From an uncultured Clostridia bacterium (GTDB lineage: Bacteria > Bacillota > DTU025 > MWDF01): DNA of 64,000 bases. The stretch covers positions 27,642 through 91,641 of the forward strand of contig CAZNZD010000002.1 in assembly GCA_964577435.1 (NCBI GenBank), given 5' to 3'. Below, in pieces: positions 19,150-29,321 of the stretch. The position numbers were made by a program, and so were the translations under genes. Position 1 is the stretch's first letter. Every line of letters starts with the position of its first letter. The notes under the pieces are model-generated. The model was not told the DNA's origin. It searched no databases and was given only the letters and a program-made list of their open reading frames with translations.

Positions 19150-20250
19150 TTACTTGCCGAAAGTCTTGCTGTTGACGAGGTACACGAATGCGTTTCCGGC
19201 TTTCCTTTCGAACAGGGCGAGCTTCTGGCCGGCTACTTCCTCTATGACAGCCTGGATCGCCTTGTTGTCCTTGAGGCTTACCTTGCCCTCGAGCACCCTC
19301 TTGGCGAGCTCGATGTTGGCAGTGGTCTGGAGGTAGGGGCCGGGTACGGGCCAGGTCGCCATGCGGCCGGCCATGCCGGCTGCTACGATCTTCGCCTCGA
19401 TGGCTGCGAATATCTTGGTGTAGTTGCCCTTCATGTCGTCGGTGACCTCAAGTCCGATGGCGCCGGCATAGCCGTGCGTCGGGCTCGGGCAGCACTGCTC
19501 GGGATAGAGGGCCTTGGTCTGCATTACGGCCTTGATAAGGGGTTCCTGCATGCCGCAGTTGGTCGAGAAGAACGCGGTGTCCTTGCCGTACTTGGCAACC
19601 TGACGCGGGACGTCCTCGAGTATGAACTGCTGGGCTGCGGGCAGGCCGCCTTCTGCCATCGGGTCGGGGGCGGTCACGAACACGAAGTTGATCCCGAGCT
19701 TCTTGCACTCGTCGATCATGATGTCACGACGGTTGGAAAGCTCCTGCATCGCCATGTGGCGCGGGAACGAGTAGTGTATGAACGTCTTTGCGCCCATTGA
19801 CTTTGCGATCTGAGGGATGGTCCTGCCGCGGGTGGCATCGTCCGGCTTGAAGCCGAAGTCGACAGCCGCGCCGACGAGCGCGAAGTCCTCATGCGGCTCT
19901 CCTACGAAGAACAGCATGTCGGGGCGTAGCTCTTTCACCTTCTTGATCGCAGCGAGGGTGCCGGGAACTGCCTGGTTGATCACTATGGCCTTTACGTTCC
20001 TGTCGGCTGCAAGGCTGGTTATCTGGGAGATGTAGGTCTCCTGCTCAGCCATGAAGTTGTCAGGATAGGTCTTGTGCACGAGCAGGTCGGGGTACTTCTT
20101 GATCATGGCCTCGGCTCCGCGATATTCGTCCTCACCCTGGGAAACCGTTCCGGTGATGACGCCGATCTTGAAGCTTGCCGCGCTGACCATCATGCTGAAT
20201 GCGAGTACCAAGAGGATGGAGGCTACGAGGATCTTCTTCATTAAGTGCAC
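19150..20250 (-). CDS. ABC transporter periplasmic substrate-binding protein, BMP/PBP1-like
   Basis: Signal peptide MKKILVASILLVLAFSMMVSAAS with no lipobox Cys. It is the first gene of the CUT2 operon. The family assignment is tentative. Confidence 0.6.
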   Translation of the reverse strand: MHLMKKILVASILLVLAFSMMVSAASFKIGVITGTVSQGEDEYRGAEAMIKKYPDLLVHKTYPDNFMAEQETYISQITSLAADRNVKAIVINQAVPGTLAAIKKVKELRPDMLFFVGEPHEDFALVGAAVDFGFKPDDATRGRTIPQIAKSMGAKTFIHYSFPRHMAMQELSNRRDIMIDECKKLGINFVFVTAPDPMAEGGLPAAQQFILEDVPRQVAKYGKDTAFFSTNCGMQEPLIKAVMQTKALYPEQCCPSPTHGYAGAIGLEVTDDMKGNYTKIFAAIEAKIVAAGMAGRMATWPVPGPYLQTTANIELAKRVLEGKVSLKDNKAIQAVIEEVAGQKLALFERKAGNAFVYLVNSKTFGK

Positions 20251-20441
20251 TCCCTTCGGTTTATTGGTATGACTAATAATCGCAATCCAGAGACTGCTCG
20301 ACTTCGCCGCCTATTATACGCTCAGGTGCATTTATACATCGATTGAGATAAGAGTAACAAAATCGGGGTGCGTTATCAATCAGGATACAGATAAAGGGGT
20401 ATAAATACATAAGGCGGATATTGCATTTCATGAAGGACAAG

Positions 20442-20473
20442 TTCAGAATCTGAATTGCAGCAACTTTGCTGCA
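20442..20473. promoter_or_regulatory. Two adjacent perfect palindromes in the divergent promoter region
   Basis: ttcaga-a-tctgaa at 20442-20454 and tgcagcaa-ct-ttgctgca at 20456-20473, read directly from the sequence. Confidence 0.35.
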
Positions 20474-20819
20474 TATCATCGTCATGCATGCACAAGTGCG
20501 GAATACTGTCAAAGGAAGGTTAGCGGAAGTGGCTTACGAAGACAAGGTGCTAAATTGCAGGGAGTGCGGGAAGGATTTCGTCTTCACCGCAGGAGAGCAG
20601 GAATTCTACGCTCAGAGGGGCTTCGAGAACGAGCCCACAAGATGCCCGGAGTGCCGCAAGAACAGGAAGCTTCAGGCCAGCGGCCAGATTCCCAGGAAGC
20701 TCTACGACGCGGTCTGCACGCAATGCGGAGCTCCGTGCAAGGTGCCATTCCAGCCCAGCGGCGACAAGCCCGTCTACTGCAGCGAGTGTTTCGCATCATA
20801 CAGGGCTAACCGCCAGTAG
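20466..20819 (+). CDS. Double zinc-ribbon protein of the zf-trcl / CxxC-x17-CxxC type
   Basis: CRECGKDFVFTAGEQEFYAQRGFENEPTRCPEC and CTQCGAPCKVPF...PVYCSEC. The true start is probably internal, at GTG 20529 after AAGGAAGG or at ATG 20484. Confidence 0.55.
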   Translation: MLHIIVMHAQVRNTVKGRLAEVAYEDKVLNCRECGKDFVFTAGEQEFYAQRGFENEPTRCPECRKNRKLQASGQIPRKLYDAVCTQCGAPCKVPFQPSGDKPVYCSECFASYRANRQ

Positions 20820-20840
20820 GGCAGGGGGCATGCAGAAAAG

Positions 20841-20867
20841 AGGAAAGCCCCTTGACGGGGCCTTCCT
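20841..20867. terminator. Hairpin between the convergent zinc-ribbon and flavodoxin genes
   Basis: aggaaagcccc-ttgac-ggggccttcct, with one mismatch in the stem. Confidence 0.35.
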
Positions 20868-20877
20868 AAAGTCGTTC

Positions 20878-21351
20878 TTAAACCAGTATTTGCCTTACCG
20901 CGTTGTCTATAACGGAATCTATCTGATCCTGCCTTGCCTTTCCTGACCAGTTGACTATCCCGGCGTTTGATGGCGATGCGCCTTTCTCCTTCAGAAGGGA
21001 GCTCATCTGCGAGACGGCCCTGTTTCCTCCGAGCCAGGCGAACGGCAGTTGCTGGGTCGCAAAGACCGCGGCCCTTTTCTCGTTTAACCCTTTTAGCTGC
21101 GGGATGAACTTTGCCATCCCCAGGGCGAGCGAGAATGCCTGCACGGGGGAACCGAATACCAGGGCGTCATAGCCGCTTAGCTCCGGCATGCTTTCATAGG
21201 TTACTTCCTTGGCGGACGGGTTGGGCTTTCCTACCGGCTTCACCCTTTCCAGCACCGTCACGTTTCCTGCCGCTGTCAGCCTGTCGACAATACCCTGCGC
21301 CACCGATAAGGTGTTGCCTGTCTCGGAGTAGACCACAATGCCGATTCTCAT
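20878..21351 (-). CDS. Flavodoxin-like protein
   Basis: MRIGIVVYSETGNT is an FMN-binding T/SxTGxT loop. The length is 157 aa. Confidence 0.7.
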   Translation of the reverse strand: MRIGIVVYSETGNTLSVAQGIVDRLTAAGNVTVLERVKPVGKPNPSAKEVTYESMPELSGYDALVFGSPVQAFSLALGMAKFIPQLKGLNEKRAAVFATQQLPFAWLGGNRAVSQMSSLLKEKGASPSNAGIVNWSGKARQDQIDSVIDNAVRQILV

Positions 21352-21379
21352 GATGTTACGCCCCTTCGATATAGAATTG

Positions 21380-22156
21380 TCATTTCGTGCCCAGGCCGCG
21401 GATTATCGCGATGCCCGCGCTTGCGCCTATCCTTGAAGCCCCCGCCCTAATCATCGCAAGGGCTGCTTCCGTGTCCCTTATGCCCCCGGACGCCTTCACG
21501 CCAATCCCAGGGCCTACCACAGCCCTCATGAGAGCTATGTCGGATGCCGTCGCGCCTGCCGTGGAGAAGCCGGTGGATGTCTTCACGAAGTCGGCCCCCG
21601 CGGCCTTTGCCATGAGGCAGGCCTTCACCTTCTCGTCGTCGGTCAGAAGGCAGGTCTCGATTATCACCTTCGTAAGGGTGCTAATGCCCGCCGCGCGCAC
21701 AACAGCTGCGATGTCGTCGTATACCAGCCCGTAGTCCGCGGACTTAAGGGCTCCGACGTTGATCACCATATCCACCTCGCCGGCGCCGTTTGCGATGGCA
21801 TCCTTGACCTCCTGGGCTTTTACGTGCGATGTGTTCGCGCCGAGAGGAAAGCCGATCACCGTGCATACTGCCACATCCGTGCCGTCAAGCCTATGGGCGC
21901 ACCGCTTGACATAAGCCGGGTTCACGCACACCGAGAAGAAGCCGTTCTCATCAGCCTCGTCGCACAGCTTGTCCACCATGGCCGAGGAGGCATCCGGCTT
22001 AAGAATCGTGTGGTCTATGTAGGCGGCAAGCTTCTCCGGAGTGAGGCCGGACAGGTCCGGCTCAGTAAGCTTTGCGGAAGCGATGCAGGCGGAGAAGTCC
22101 ACCGCTGGCAGGGATTTCTTCAGCTCCTCCAGGTTCTGCTCAATCCTGTATGTCAT
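21380..22156 (-). CDS. deoC: Deoxyribose-phosphate aldolase
   Basis: YIDHTILKP...GFFSVCVNP...[15 protein letters not shown] are DeoC class I aldolase motifs. The likely start is ATG 22156 after GGAGGT. The track ORF extends to 22276. Confidence 0.8.
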   Translation of the reverse strand: MTYRIEQNLEELKKSLPAVDFSACIASAKLTEPDLSGLTPEKLAAYIDHTILKPDASSAMVDKLCDEADENGFFSVCVNPAYVKRCAHRLDGTDVAVCTVIGFPLGANTSHVKAQEVKDAIANGAGEVDMVINVGALKSADYGLVYDDIAAVVRAAGISTLTKVIIETCLLTDDEKVKACLMAKAAGADFVKTSTGFSTAGATASDIALMRAVVGPGIGVKASGGIRDTEAALAMIRAGASRIGASAGIAIIRGLGTK

Positions 22157-22257
22157 CTTTACCTCCGTAAGGTTATTTGCCCTTTGGACATATTTATATT
22201 CTATCACCGGGCAGCTGGCCCGGGGTGAAAACCGGACGGTCAGGTGAGGCGCCGCAA

Positions 22258-23196
22258 TCAGCCGACCTTGCGCCACCAGGGCTCATAAGTAGTGCACACA
22301 GGGCCGAAGACGGATGAGTAGAGCGCATTGGCCCCATCGGAGTAACCGCCGACGAAGGCCCTCACAGCTCCCATCCTGGACAGCCGGATAAGGCCATCCG
22401 TCAGAACCGCCCTTCCCAGTCCAATCCTCTGCTTGGAGGGGACCGTGGCGACCGGTTCGAAATAGGCGGTGCGGGTGACATCGTCGAACCATATGGTGCA
22501 GAAAGACGCTATGGAGCCGTCAGGCGCCACGGCGACCAGGTCCAGGTCCCTCCTGTAAAGGGGCGCGGTCTGGATGTTGCGGTACCAGGTCGTATCGTCC
22601 CTATTCTCTATGCCCGCCGCGATATCTCCGCCGTGAAAGCCAAGGCCCGAGGCATAGCACCTTTCCAGAAGCTCGAGGCCGTCGCCCAGAGGCCTGACGC
22701 AGTAGCCGGGAGGAAGGGGGGAGGGCACAGGCCCGACGGGAAGGTCCTTGACCCACTGCCTCTCAGCAGCGCCCTTCCTTACGTAGCCCTTCTCCTTCAG
22801 CAGGCAGATGCGCGCCATGTTGTCTGAAGGGGTCCAGATGCAAAGTTGCTTGCCATTGCCCTGGATGTCCGCGGAAAGCGACCTTTCGGCGTGGCAAATC
22901 ATCTCCTGCTCGAGCTTTTCGTCATCGTAACCCTGCCTGAGCATTATATGAGCTTCTCCGGGGCCGCCATCCGGGAGTACGATTCCGATTATCCTCCCGC
23001 CGTCCTCCCAGATGGAGGCCACCTGCTCCAGCGTGACCTTCGCGCAGTTGATCATCGTATGCCACCTGGCATAATCAAGGCGGGCCACATGCCAGCATCT
23101 CTCAGTCAGGCCGTTTTCGACCATGGCATCACGCAGGAATTCCCGCATGCGCCAGAAATCGTCCTCGCAGCTATACGCCCTCATAGTGATAGCCAT
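22258..23196 (-). CDS. GNAT-family N-acetyltransferase, tandem-GNAT architecture
   Basis: 312 aa with acetyl-CoA-binding motifs Q/RxxGxG/A (QRIGLGRAV). Confidence 0.55.
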   Translation of the reverse strand: MAITMRAYSCEDDFWRMREFLRDAMVENGLTERCWHVARLDYARWHTMINCAKVTLEQVASIWEDGGRIIGIVLPDGGPGEAHIMLRQGYDDEKLEQEMICHAERSLSADIQGNGKQLCIWTPSDNMARICLLKEKGYVRKGAAERQWVKDLPVGPVPSPLPPGYCVRPLGDGLELLERCYASGLGFHGGDIAAGIENRDDTTWYRNIQTAPLYRRDLDLVAVAPDGSIASFCTIWFDDVTRTAYFEPVATVPSKQRIGLGRAVLTDGLIRLSRMGAVRAFVGGYSDGANALYSSVFGPVCTTYEPWWRKVG

Positions 23197-23213
23197 ACCG
23201 CACCTCCGGAAAC

Positions 23214-24056
23214 CTATTCACGCCTTGCCGGGATCATGAACTCGCAAGGGACGCCCACCTGGCACTTGCCGCAACCATATCTGGGCCTGAAGGACTCAAG
23301 CGTCATATCAAGAAACGCTGAGCACTTCTCGTGGTCCTTGCCGCCGGCAAGCGTTATCGCCCCTGCTGGGCAGTTGGCAGCACATCTCCCGCACATCGAG
23401 CAGTACTCCGTCAAGCCTGAGTAGGGCCTCGCGTCTGCCTCAAGCTCCTCCTCCGTGATGATGCTTGCAAGCCTTCCTGCGCTGCCTGATGCAGTGATTA
23501 GCCCCTTCGACAGGCCGAAAGTGCCCAGCCCGCAGATGAACGCGGCATGCCTTTCCGACCAGCAGCTTGTATAGGTAACCCCTGGGTGATGGGGGGCTTT
23601 GCATGACGTCTTCGACCAGAAGCGGGCATCGAGCGAAGGGACAGAGCACCTGTGGCCGGAAGCCATGAGCTCCGAGGCAAGGTCTGACATGACCCTGCTT
23701 ATAAGGGCCTGGCCTTCGATTCTCGCATACAGCCAGCCCGCGGACGGCATGGCCATATCCCTGCTATTGCTCATGCGGATGCCTTCAGAGAAAGGAAAGA
23801 AGAATGACACCACGGATTTCGCCCCGGGCAGCCATTCCTCAGGGCCCATATGGTGAGGCCCTATCACGCCGCGCTTCTTCAAGGCCTCGAAAAGGCCGTC
23901 AGATGCAGAGGCGACTGCCATAAGCGGCTCATCGAAGATGCGCGCCCCGGCAGCCTCTAAGTACAGGCCCCGGTCTGAAGGCGCCACATTGCCGCCTGAT
24001 GCCTTAAGCAGCTCCGATATTCTTCTATGGATATGCTTCCTTTCCATTTCTCCCAC
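23214..24056 (-). CDS. 4Fe-4S dicluster-domain protein, QueG/reductive-dehalogenase-like
   Basis: CSMCGRCAANCP and CGKCQVGVPCE ferredoxin motifs near the C-terminus. Confidence 0.5.
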   Translation of the reverse strand: MGEMERKHIHRRISELLKASGGNVAPSDRGLYLEAAGARIFDEPLMAVASASDGLFEALKKRGVIGPHHMGPEEWLPGAKSVVSFFFPFSEGIRMSNSRDMAMPSAGWLYARIEGQALISRVMSDLASELMASGHRCSVPSLDARFWSKTSCKAPHHPGVTYTSCWSERHAAFICGLGTFGLSKGLITASGSAGRLASIITEEELEADARPYSGLTEYCSMCGRCAANCPAGAITLAGGKDHEKCSAFLDMTLESFRPRYGCGKCQVGVPCEFMIPARRE

Positions 24057-24086
24057 CTGTCGCCGAAAGTAATCACCTGATCCCTA

Positions 24087-24797
24087 TCAGAAGGGCCTGG
24101 CACCAGACAGCCAGCCGTTGGCCTCCCAATGGTTCCTGTCAGTCAGGTTCCAGTCGTTCTTCCTCATCATACCCCTCATTATGCTGAAGAAGAAGCTCCT
24201 GAACAACGGGTTGGATATGCTTTCCCTCCTCCTGTACGAGAGCACTATCCTTCTTGAGAGCCTTGCGGCCGACTTCTCGATGGCACTCTTCCTGCCCTCC
24301 TTCACATCATCCCAGCTCATCGCCGACACGGGCGACTTCAGGGAGTACACTCTCTTTGCGCCCCAGAAGGTGAGGCTGTCACGCATGGCCTTGGTGGACT
24401 GGCCCAAGCCTGCTCCGGCAGTGGTCGAAACGGTAAGGCCGACCTTCCGGAACATGAGGGGGTTCGGCCTGTGGCTCATCCACATGAAGCAGAGGTGGTC
24501 TAGAAGTGCCTTCATCTGAGCGGACACATTCATCGCATACACCGGGGAGGTGAGCACGATAAGGTCGGCTTCCAGTATGGAATCGAGGATCGGCTTTACC
24601 GACCCGGCGTGGGGGCATCTTTCCTCGCCCTTTGCGATGCAGGAGAAGCATCCCAGGCAGAAATGGGGCATGTCCCTGGGCAGGAAGAACTCGGTAAGGC
24701 TTACCTCCTCAAGCTTTCTTATCTCGCCGATTACGGCATCTGCGCTATGCCATGTGCTTCCATGCCTGAGGTTTCCGTTGATCACTGTCACCTTCAT
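24087..24797 (-). CDS. Iron-sulfur flavoprotein, Isf-like, with an NADPH-dependent FMN reductase fold
   Basis: MKVTVINGNLRHGST with a compact CLGCFSCIAKGEERC (CX2CX2CX7C) motif. Confidence 0.6.
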   Translation of the reverse strand: MKVTVINGNLRHGSTWHSADAVIGEIRKLEEVSLTEFFLPRDMPHFCLGCFSCIAKGEERCPHAGSVKPILDSILEADLIVLTSPVYAMNVSAQMKALLDHLCFMWMSHRPNPLMFRKVGLTVSTTAGAGLGQSTKAMRDSLTFWGAKRVYSLKSPVSAMSWDDVKEGRKSAIEKSAARLSRRIVLSYRRRESISNPLFRSFFFSIMRGMMRKNDWNLTDRNHWEANGWLSGARPF

Positions 24798-25465
24798 CTT
24801 GACGCGCCCTCCTGCTCTGGCCCGGAATCCGGCTTCGGCTGCCTTCCATAGGCCCTGCCGAAGTGCTCTATGTGCCTGATGAACATCTGCCTGGCCTCAG
24901 GGAGGCTTGCCTCATCGTTGTCGTACTTGTAGAAGATGAGGAATATGGGGGAGAAGAAAGCCATCGCCACCATATACGGGTCTGCTTCCATCATGAAGCC
25001 CTCCTTCATGAAGGCTGCGAACAACCCTGCCTGGAACTCGAGGGCATCCTCGAAGGACACTTTCCTGAACAGCCTTCCTAACTCAGGGTTCCTGTACTGC
25101 TCTATTGTCAGCAGCCTTCTCATCTTCACGCTTATGTCATCCGTGAAGTAGTGGTCGAACACCCGGGATGTCACCTCGGCGAAACGCTCAGCACTCATGC
25201 CGGCGTACATGTCCACTGTGCGCTCGTCCACGACGAAGCGCCCGTCATCTCCGGCGATCTGAACTTTACGGAACATCTCGGTGCCCCTTTCCCCGTACTC
25301 GGCCAGCAGGCAGTCGAAGATGTCCTGCTTGTTCTTGAAGTGGTTATAGAGGGAGCTCTCCTTGATTCCGACGGCCGAGGCGATGTCCCGAACTGAAACG
25401 GGGTCGAAGCCGTATGAGGAGAACAGGGTAAGTGCCTCCATAAGTATCCTTTCCCTTGTAGTCAT
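24794..25465 (-). CDS. TetR/AcrR-family transcriptional regulator
   Basis: The HTH is ILMEALTLFSSYGFDPVSVRDIASAVGIKESSLYNHF. ATG 25465 follows GAGGTG. It overlaps the Isf gene by 4 nt. Confidence 0.8.
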   Translation of the reverse strand: MTTRERILMEALTLFSSYGFDPVSVRDIASAVGIKESSLYNHFKNKQDIFDCLLAEYGERGTEMFRKVQIAGDDGRFVVDERTVDMYAGMSAERFAEVTSRVFDHYFTDDISVKMRRLLTIEQYRNPELGRLFRKVSFEDALEFQAGLFAAFMKEGFMMEADPYMVAMAFFSPIFLIFYKYDNDEASLPEARQMFIRHIEHFGRAYGRQPKPDSGPEQEGASR

Positions 25466-25473
25466 AGCGCACC

Positions 25474-25863
25474 TCACAGAAGGATCGTCATCCTTGAGAT
25501 CTCAATCACGAGCACCTGTGCTAGGAACAGGGCTGCAATGCTATAAAAAGCGGCCTTCCTGAAGGCATCCTTCCTTATCAGCAGGCTCAGCAGCCCGACA
25601 AGAAGCACCAGCCCTCCTGCGACTGAGCAGATGTTGGACTGCATGCAAGTCATCGAGAAGAGCGCATCCTCGCCGGCGTAGCCGTCCCTCATTGCCGATA
25701 GGAAGCTAACGCCGAGCCCAAGTACTATGAATAACGCGATTGCCCTGCCCCAGCTGAGCCTGGAAGATGCCGCTGTGATCCTGATTGCTGCGAACGAGAG
25801 AAGGCCGAGCACAGCCACCGTGGTGAATATGCTGTAGGCATCGCCGAATAGTAGTCTCATCAT
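25474..25863 (-). CDS. Small four-TM hypothetical membrane protein, first gene of the TetR operon
   Basis: 129-aa hydrophobic ORF with SD GGGAGG. Confidence 0.5.
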   Translation of the reverse strand: MMRLLFGDAYSIFTTVAVLGLLSFAAIRITAASSRLSWGRAIALFIVLGLGVSFLSAMRDGYAGEDALFSMTCMQSNICSVAGGLVLLVGLLSLLIRKDAFRKAAFYSIAALFLAQVLVIEISRMTILL

Positions 25864-25902
25864 TTCTTATGCCTCCCGATTAACAGTGGTTAGCTATAAT
25901 TT

Positions 25903-25920
25903 AACTAACGAATGTTAGTT
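25903..25920. promoter_or_regulatory. Perfect 7-4-7 palindrome, a candidate TetR operator overlapping the promoter of the minus-strand operon
   Basis: AACTAAC-gaat-GTTAGTT. A TATAAT-like box is adjacent. Confidence 0.45.
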
Positions 25921-26008
25921 AGTCAATAGGCTCCGACATAAAAGTTACATCCCCTTCTCATGCCAAAACTGCGCTTATATAGTATAATTACATTTGCTAT
26001 TTCCAATT

Positions 26009-26083
26009 GCGCCACTAGCTCAGTGGTAGAGCACCTGACTTTTAATCAGGGTGTCCTGCGTTCGATCCGCAGGTGGCGCACCA
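26009..26083 (+). tRNA. tRNA-Lys (anticodon TTT), CCA encoded
   Basis: gcgccac-ta-gctc-agtggta-gagc-a-cctga-cTTTtaa-tcagg-gtgtc-ctgcg-ttcgatc-cgcag-gtggcgc-a-cca. Confidence 0.9.
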
Positions 26084-26256
26084 AATTACATAGAGATAGA
26101 GGGCCGGATGCAATCGCGCATCGGCCCTCTTTTCATGCTTCGTGCCATATCGACGCTACAGATTACAGATAGGCTTAACACTTACCCCGAATATACGAAT
26201 TGGTGCAGATGAGTAAGCTTTGCCGCCTTCATGCCCGGTGGTGGCTCCTCCATGCG

Positions 26257-26454
26257 TCATTGCTCAGCGTCCTTACTAACCTCGAACTCGCCGGGCACGT
26301 ATCTTCCGGTCTTCATATGCTGGCGGACGCACTCGGTCAGCAGGTACTCTATCTGCCCGTTGACTGAGCGGAAGTCAGCTTCAGCCCAGGCTGCTATCTG
26401 CTCATACAATCGGGCTGAGAGGCGGAGTGGGACCTGTTTCTTCCCGCCGTCCAT
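26257..26454 (-). CDS. Arc/MetJ-type ribbon-helix-helix DNA-binding protein
   Basis: [32 protein letters not shown] matches the P22 Arc pattern (FNLRwP.E......A..NGRSvNsEi). Confidence 0.5.
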   Translation of the reverse strand: MDGGKKQVPLRLSARLYEQIAAWAEADFRSVNGQIEYLLTECVRQHMKTGRYVPGEFEVSKDAEQ

Positions 26455-26455
26455 G

Positions 26456-27481
26456 TCAATACAAGCTGCCGCTGTTCACGACGGGCTGGGCATCCCTGTT
26501 CCCACACAGCACGACCAGGAGATTGGATACCATGGCCGCTTTACGCTCGTCATCCAACTCTACTATGTGATTTGCGCTGAGCTTCTGAAGCGCCAGCTCC
26601 ACCATGCCGACGGCACCGTCGACTATCATCTTGCGTGCATCGATTATCGCGCTTGCCTGCTGGCGCTGCAGCATGACGACGGCGATCTCCGGGGCATATG
26701 CCAGATAGGTGATGCGCGCCTCCAATATTTCCAGCCCCGCATCCTGGACCTTGGAATGGATCTCCGCGCGGATACGCTCGGCAACAACGGCGCTTGAGCC
26801 GCGAAGGCTTCCCTCGTCGGGCTCGCCGTCACCTGTAGTGTCCACGTTGGGGGCCACATCATAAGGATATATGCGCACAATGTTTCTTAGGGCGCTGTCG
26901 CACTGGAGCGACAGGTATTCCTTGTAATTGTCCACATTGAAGACAGCTTTTGCAGTATCCACGACGCGCCACATGACCGCGATACCGATCTCCACTGGAT
27001 TGCCGAGGGTATCATTCACCTTCTGCCTGCTGTTATTGAGAGTCATCACCTTAAGGGAGATGCTCTTGTTGCCAAGGGCCTCAAGCGCTTCGGCGCCTTC
27101 CGCACCGGGGCGTCCGGACTTACGCTGCTGGCCGTTGTCCACATCCCCGCTTTGTCCGAGCTTGGTCTTCGCTGCAGGGTTTATAGCCGCGCTGAAGGGA
27201 TGGACGAAGAAAAACCCAGGTTCCTTTAGGGTGCCGGCATACTTGCCGAAGAGAGTAAGCACCAAAGCCTCGTTGGGCCTTACGATCTTCAGGCCCAGGA
27301 ATGGTATAAAGCCCACCATCAGCCAAAGAATTCCGATGGCAAGCGCCAGAGCTCCGATGCCCCTTCCCTCCTCTAGAAGGATGCCGCCATAGATGGACAA
27401 GGGAATCGCCAAAACATAGAGCGCTATTCCGACAAGCAATACCGGCATACCCTGCCGGGCCTTAAGTATCTTCTCCTGCAT
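26456..27481 (-). CDS. SPFH / band-7 (stomatin/prohibitin-like) membrane protein
   Basis: N-terminal TM hairpin, then an SPFH core ([15 protein letters not shown]...[23 protein letters not shown]). Confidence 0.7.
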   Translation of the reverse strand: MQEKILKARQGMPVLLVGIALYVLAIPLSIYGGILLEEGRGIGALALAIGILWLMVGFIPFLGLKIVRPNEALVLTLFGKYAGTLKEPGFFFVHPFSAAINPAAKTKLGQSGDVDNGQQRKSGRPGAEGAEALEALGNKSISLKVMTLNNSRQKVNDTLGNPVEIGIAVMWRVVDTAKAVFNVDNYKEYLSLQCDSALRNIVRIYPYDVAPNVDTTGDGEPDEGSLRGSSAVVAERIRAEIHSKVQDAGLEILEARITYLAYAPEIAVVMLQRQQASAIIDARKMIVDGAVGMVELALQKLSANHIVELDDERKAAMVSNLLVVLCGNRDAQPVVNSGSLY

Positions 27482-27744
27482 CTAAATCGCCTCCTGATAC
27501 CAAAATGATATCACAGATATATCTTAACGCAAGGGGTTTTTCGAAGCACCCAACTTTTTACAGACGACGTAGATGAAGGGTAGAATGACCGGGCTCCGGC
27601 ACTGAATCGGTGTTATGGTAGCTCCCCAAGACGGCGCGCAGGAAGGTGGGAGGGAAACAGCTTATGTAAGGCACAATATGCTGGCATCGACATAATTTCC
27701 TCACAATTGGCGGATAGAATCGCATTAGGAATGATGCGGGAGGT

Positions 27745-29196
27745 ATGGACTTGTCTGGGAACCTGATCAATAGGGAATTGAGAATAGAGGGCATGGTCTG
27801 TTCCGGATGCGAGAACAGGATCGAGAAGAGGATTGCCGCCATGACCGGGGTGAGCAATGTGGCCGCCAGCTACAAGTCAGGAGTGGCAAAGGTCACATAT
27901 GATCCTGACACGGTAGACTTATCCGATATCATCTCCGAGGTGTCAGCCCTGGGCTACAAGGCGTCGGAGCAGAAGCCTGCAGGGAAAGGCAACGCCGGGC
28001 TGACTAAGACCATCGGCGCAGCCCTCGTGATACTAGCGACGTACTTCGTCCTCGACAGGCTGGGCGCTTTCGCGCTTTTCAACTCATTTCCGCTGGCCAA
28101 GCAGGGCATGGGCTATGGGATGCTGTTTGTCATCGGCCTTATGACTTCGGTACATTGCATCGCGATGTGCGGAGGCATCAACCTTTCTCAGAGCATCAGC
28201 ATGGATAATAAGCCGGAACCTAAAACCAAAGGGGTGGCGATTGAAGCCTTCAGGCCGCCTTTCCTTTACAACTTGGGTCGCGTCATATCGTACACGGTCA
28301 TAGGCGGAATCGTCGGCGCTCTTGGCTCCGTAGTGAGCTTCACAGGGTATACCAGGGGTGTTGTGCAGGTCGTAGCAGGCCTTTTCATGGTGATTATGGG
28401 TTTGAACATGATGGGTATCCTTCCGTCGCTCTCCAGGCTTGTGCCTGCGCTGCCGAAGGCATTGGGAGTGAAGGTGGGCAGATACCAGTCGGGAAGGAGC
28501 CCGCTCATCGTCGGGCTGCTAAACGGGCTAATGCCGTGTGGACCGCTCCAGGCGATGCAGCTATATGCGCTATCTACGGGAAATCCGGTGAGCGGGGCGC
28601 TTTCGATGTTCTTCTTCAGCCTCGGCACGGTTCCACTAATGTTCGGATTGGGGGCAGTAAGTTCAATGTTAAGCAGGAGATTCAAGGGTGGCCTTATGGT
28701 TGCGGGTGCGGTTCTGGTTGTGTTCCTGGGCGTAGTCATGTTCGGCAACGGCCTGAGCCTTTCAGGCGTGCAGGCTCCGGCGCTGGCGGCGGACAAACCA
28801 GCAGGAAGCGTGGCTCAGATAGTAAATGAGGTGCAGATAGTGAGCTCTAAGGTGCTGGCAAGCAGCTATGAGCCGATAATCGTCCAGAAGGGCATACCCG
28901 TACGCTGGACCCTCAAGGCCGATAAGGCGAGCATAAACGGATGCAACAACAGGATAATCATCCCGTCGCTCAAGAAGGAGAAGAAGATAGAGGCGGGAGA
29001 CAACGTAGTGGAGTTCACACCCCAGCAAAGTGGAGTGATACCCTTCAGCTGCTGGATGGGGATGATCAAAAGCAGGATAACTGTCGTGGACGACATCGGC
29101 GCCCTTTCTGGGGGCGCGCAGAAGAGCATATCGACGGAGGCCGCCCCTGAGGAAACAGATACTTCTCTTCCGGCGGTCCCGAGCTGCTGCCTGTAG
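27745..29196 (+). CDS. Tri-domain protein with an HMA metal-binding domain, a DsbD_2/TauE-like polytopic membrane domain and a C-terminal cupredoxin-like domain
   Basis: GMVCSGCENRIEK is an HMA GMxCxxC motif. MTSVHCIAMCGG and LMPCGP lie in TM helices. The C-terminus reads PVRWTLKAD..INGCNNRIIIP..FSCWMGM. Confidence 0.65.
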   Translation: MDLSGNLINRELRIEGMVCSGCENRIEKRIAAMTGVSNVAASYKSGVAKVTYDPDTVDLSDIISEVSALGYKASEQKPAGKGNAGLTKTIGAALVILATYFVLDRLGAFALFNSFPLAKQGMGYGMLFVIGLMTSVHCIAMCGGINLSQSISMDNKPEPKTKGVAIEAFRPPFLYNLGRVISYTVIGGIVGALGSVVSFTGYTRGVVQVVAGLFMVIMGLNMMGILPSLSRLVPALPKALGVKVGRYQSGRSPLIVGLLNGLMPCGPLQAMQLYALSTGNPVSGALSMFFFSLGTVPLMFGLGAVSSMLSRRFKGGLMVAGAVLVVFLGVVMFGNGLSLSGVQAPALAADKPAGSVAQIVNEVQIVSSKVLASSYEPIIVQKGIPVRWTLKADKASINGCNNRIIIPSLKKEKKIEAGDNVVEFTPQQSGVIPFSCWMGMIKSRITVVDDIGALSGGAQKSISTEAAPEETDTSLPAVPSCCL

Positions 29197-29321
29197 GCGT
29201 ACCGCTCAAGATCGCCCCGAAGGGAAGCAAAAACTCGGACGCCACGTTATATCATAGAGGGAGAAGGAAAGGGGCGTATTGGCCTCTTTCCGGATTCATC
29301 TGAGGTAGACGGAGGTTCGGA

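Noticed and set aside
18766-19800. Plus-strand 344-aa ORF plus 18100..18699 and 18431..19069
   Set aside because: They are antisense to the ABC ATPase and substrate-binding protein genes, which have clear Walker and signal-peptide features.
9892-26008. Possibility that the segment between the tRNA-Glu/Val pair and tRNA-Lys is a genomic island
   Set aside because: No integrase, no direct repeats of tRNA 3' ends that I could find by eye, and no GC or codon-usage shift. The content is housekeeping transporters and redox genes.
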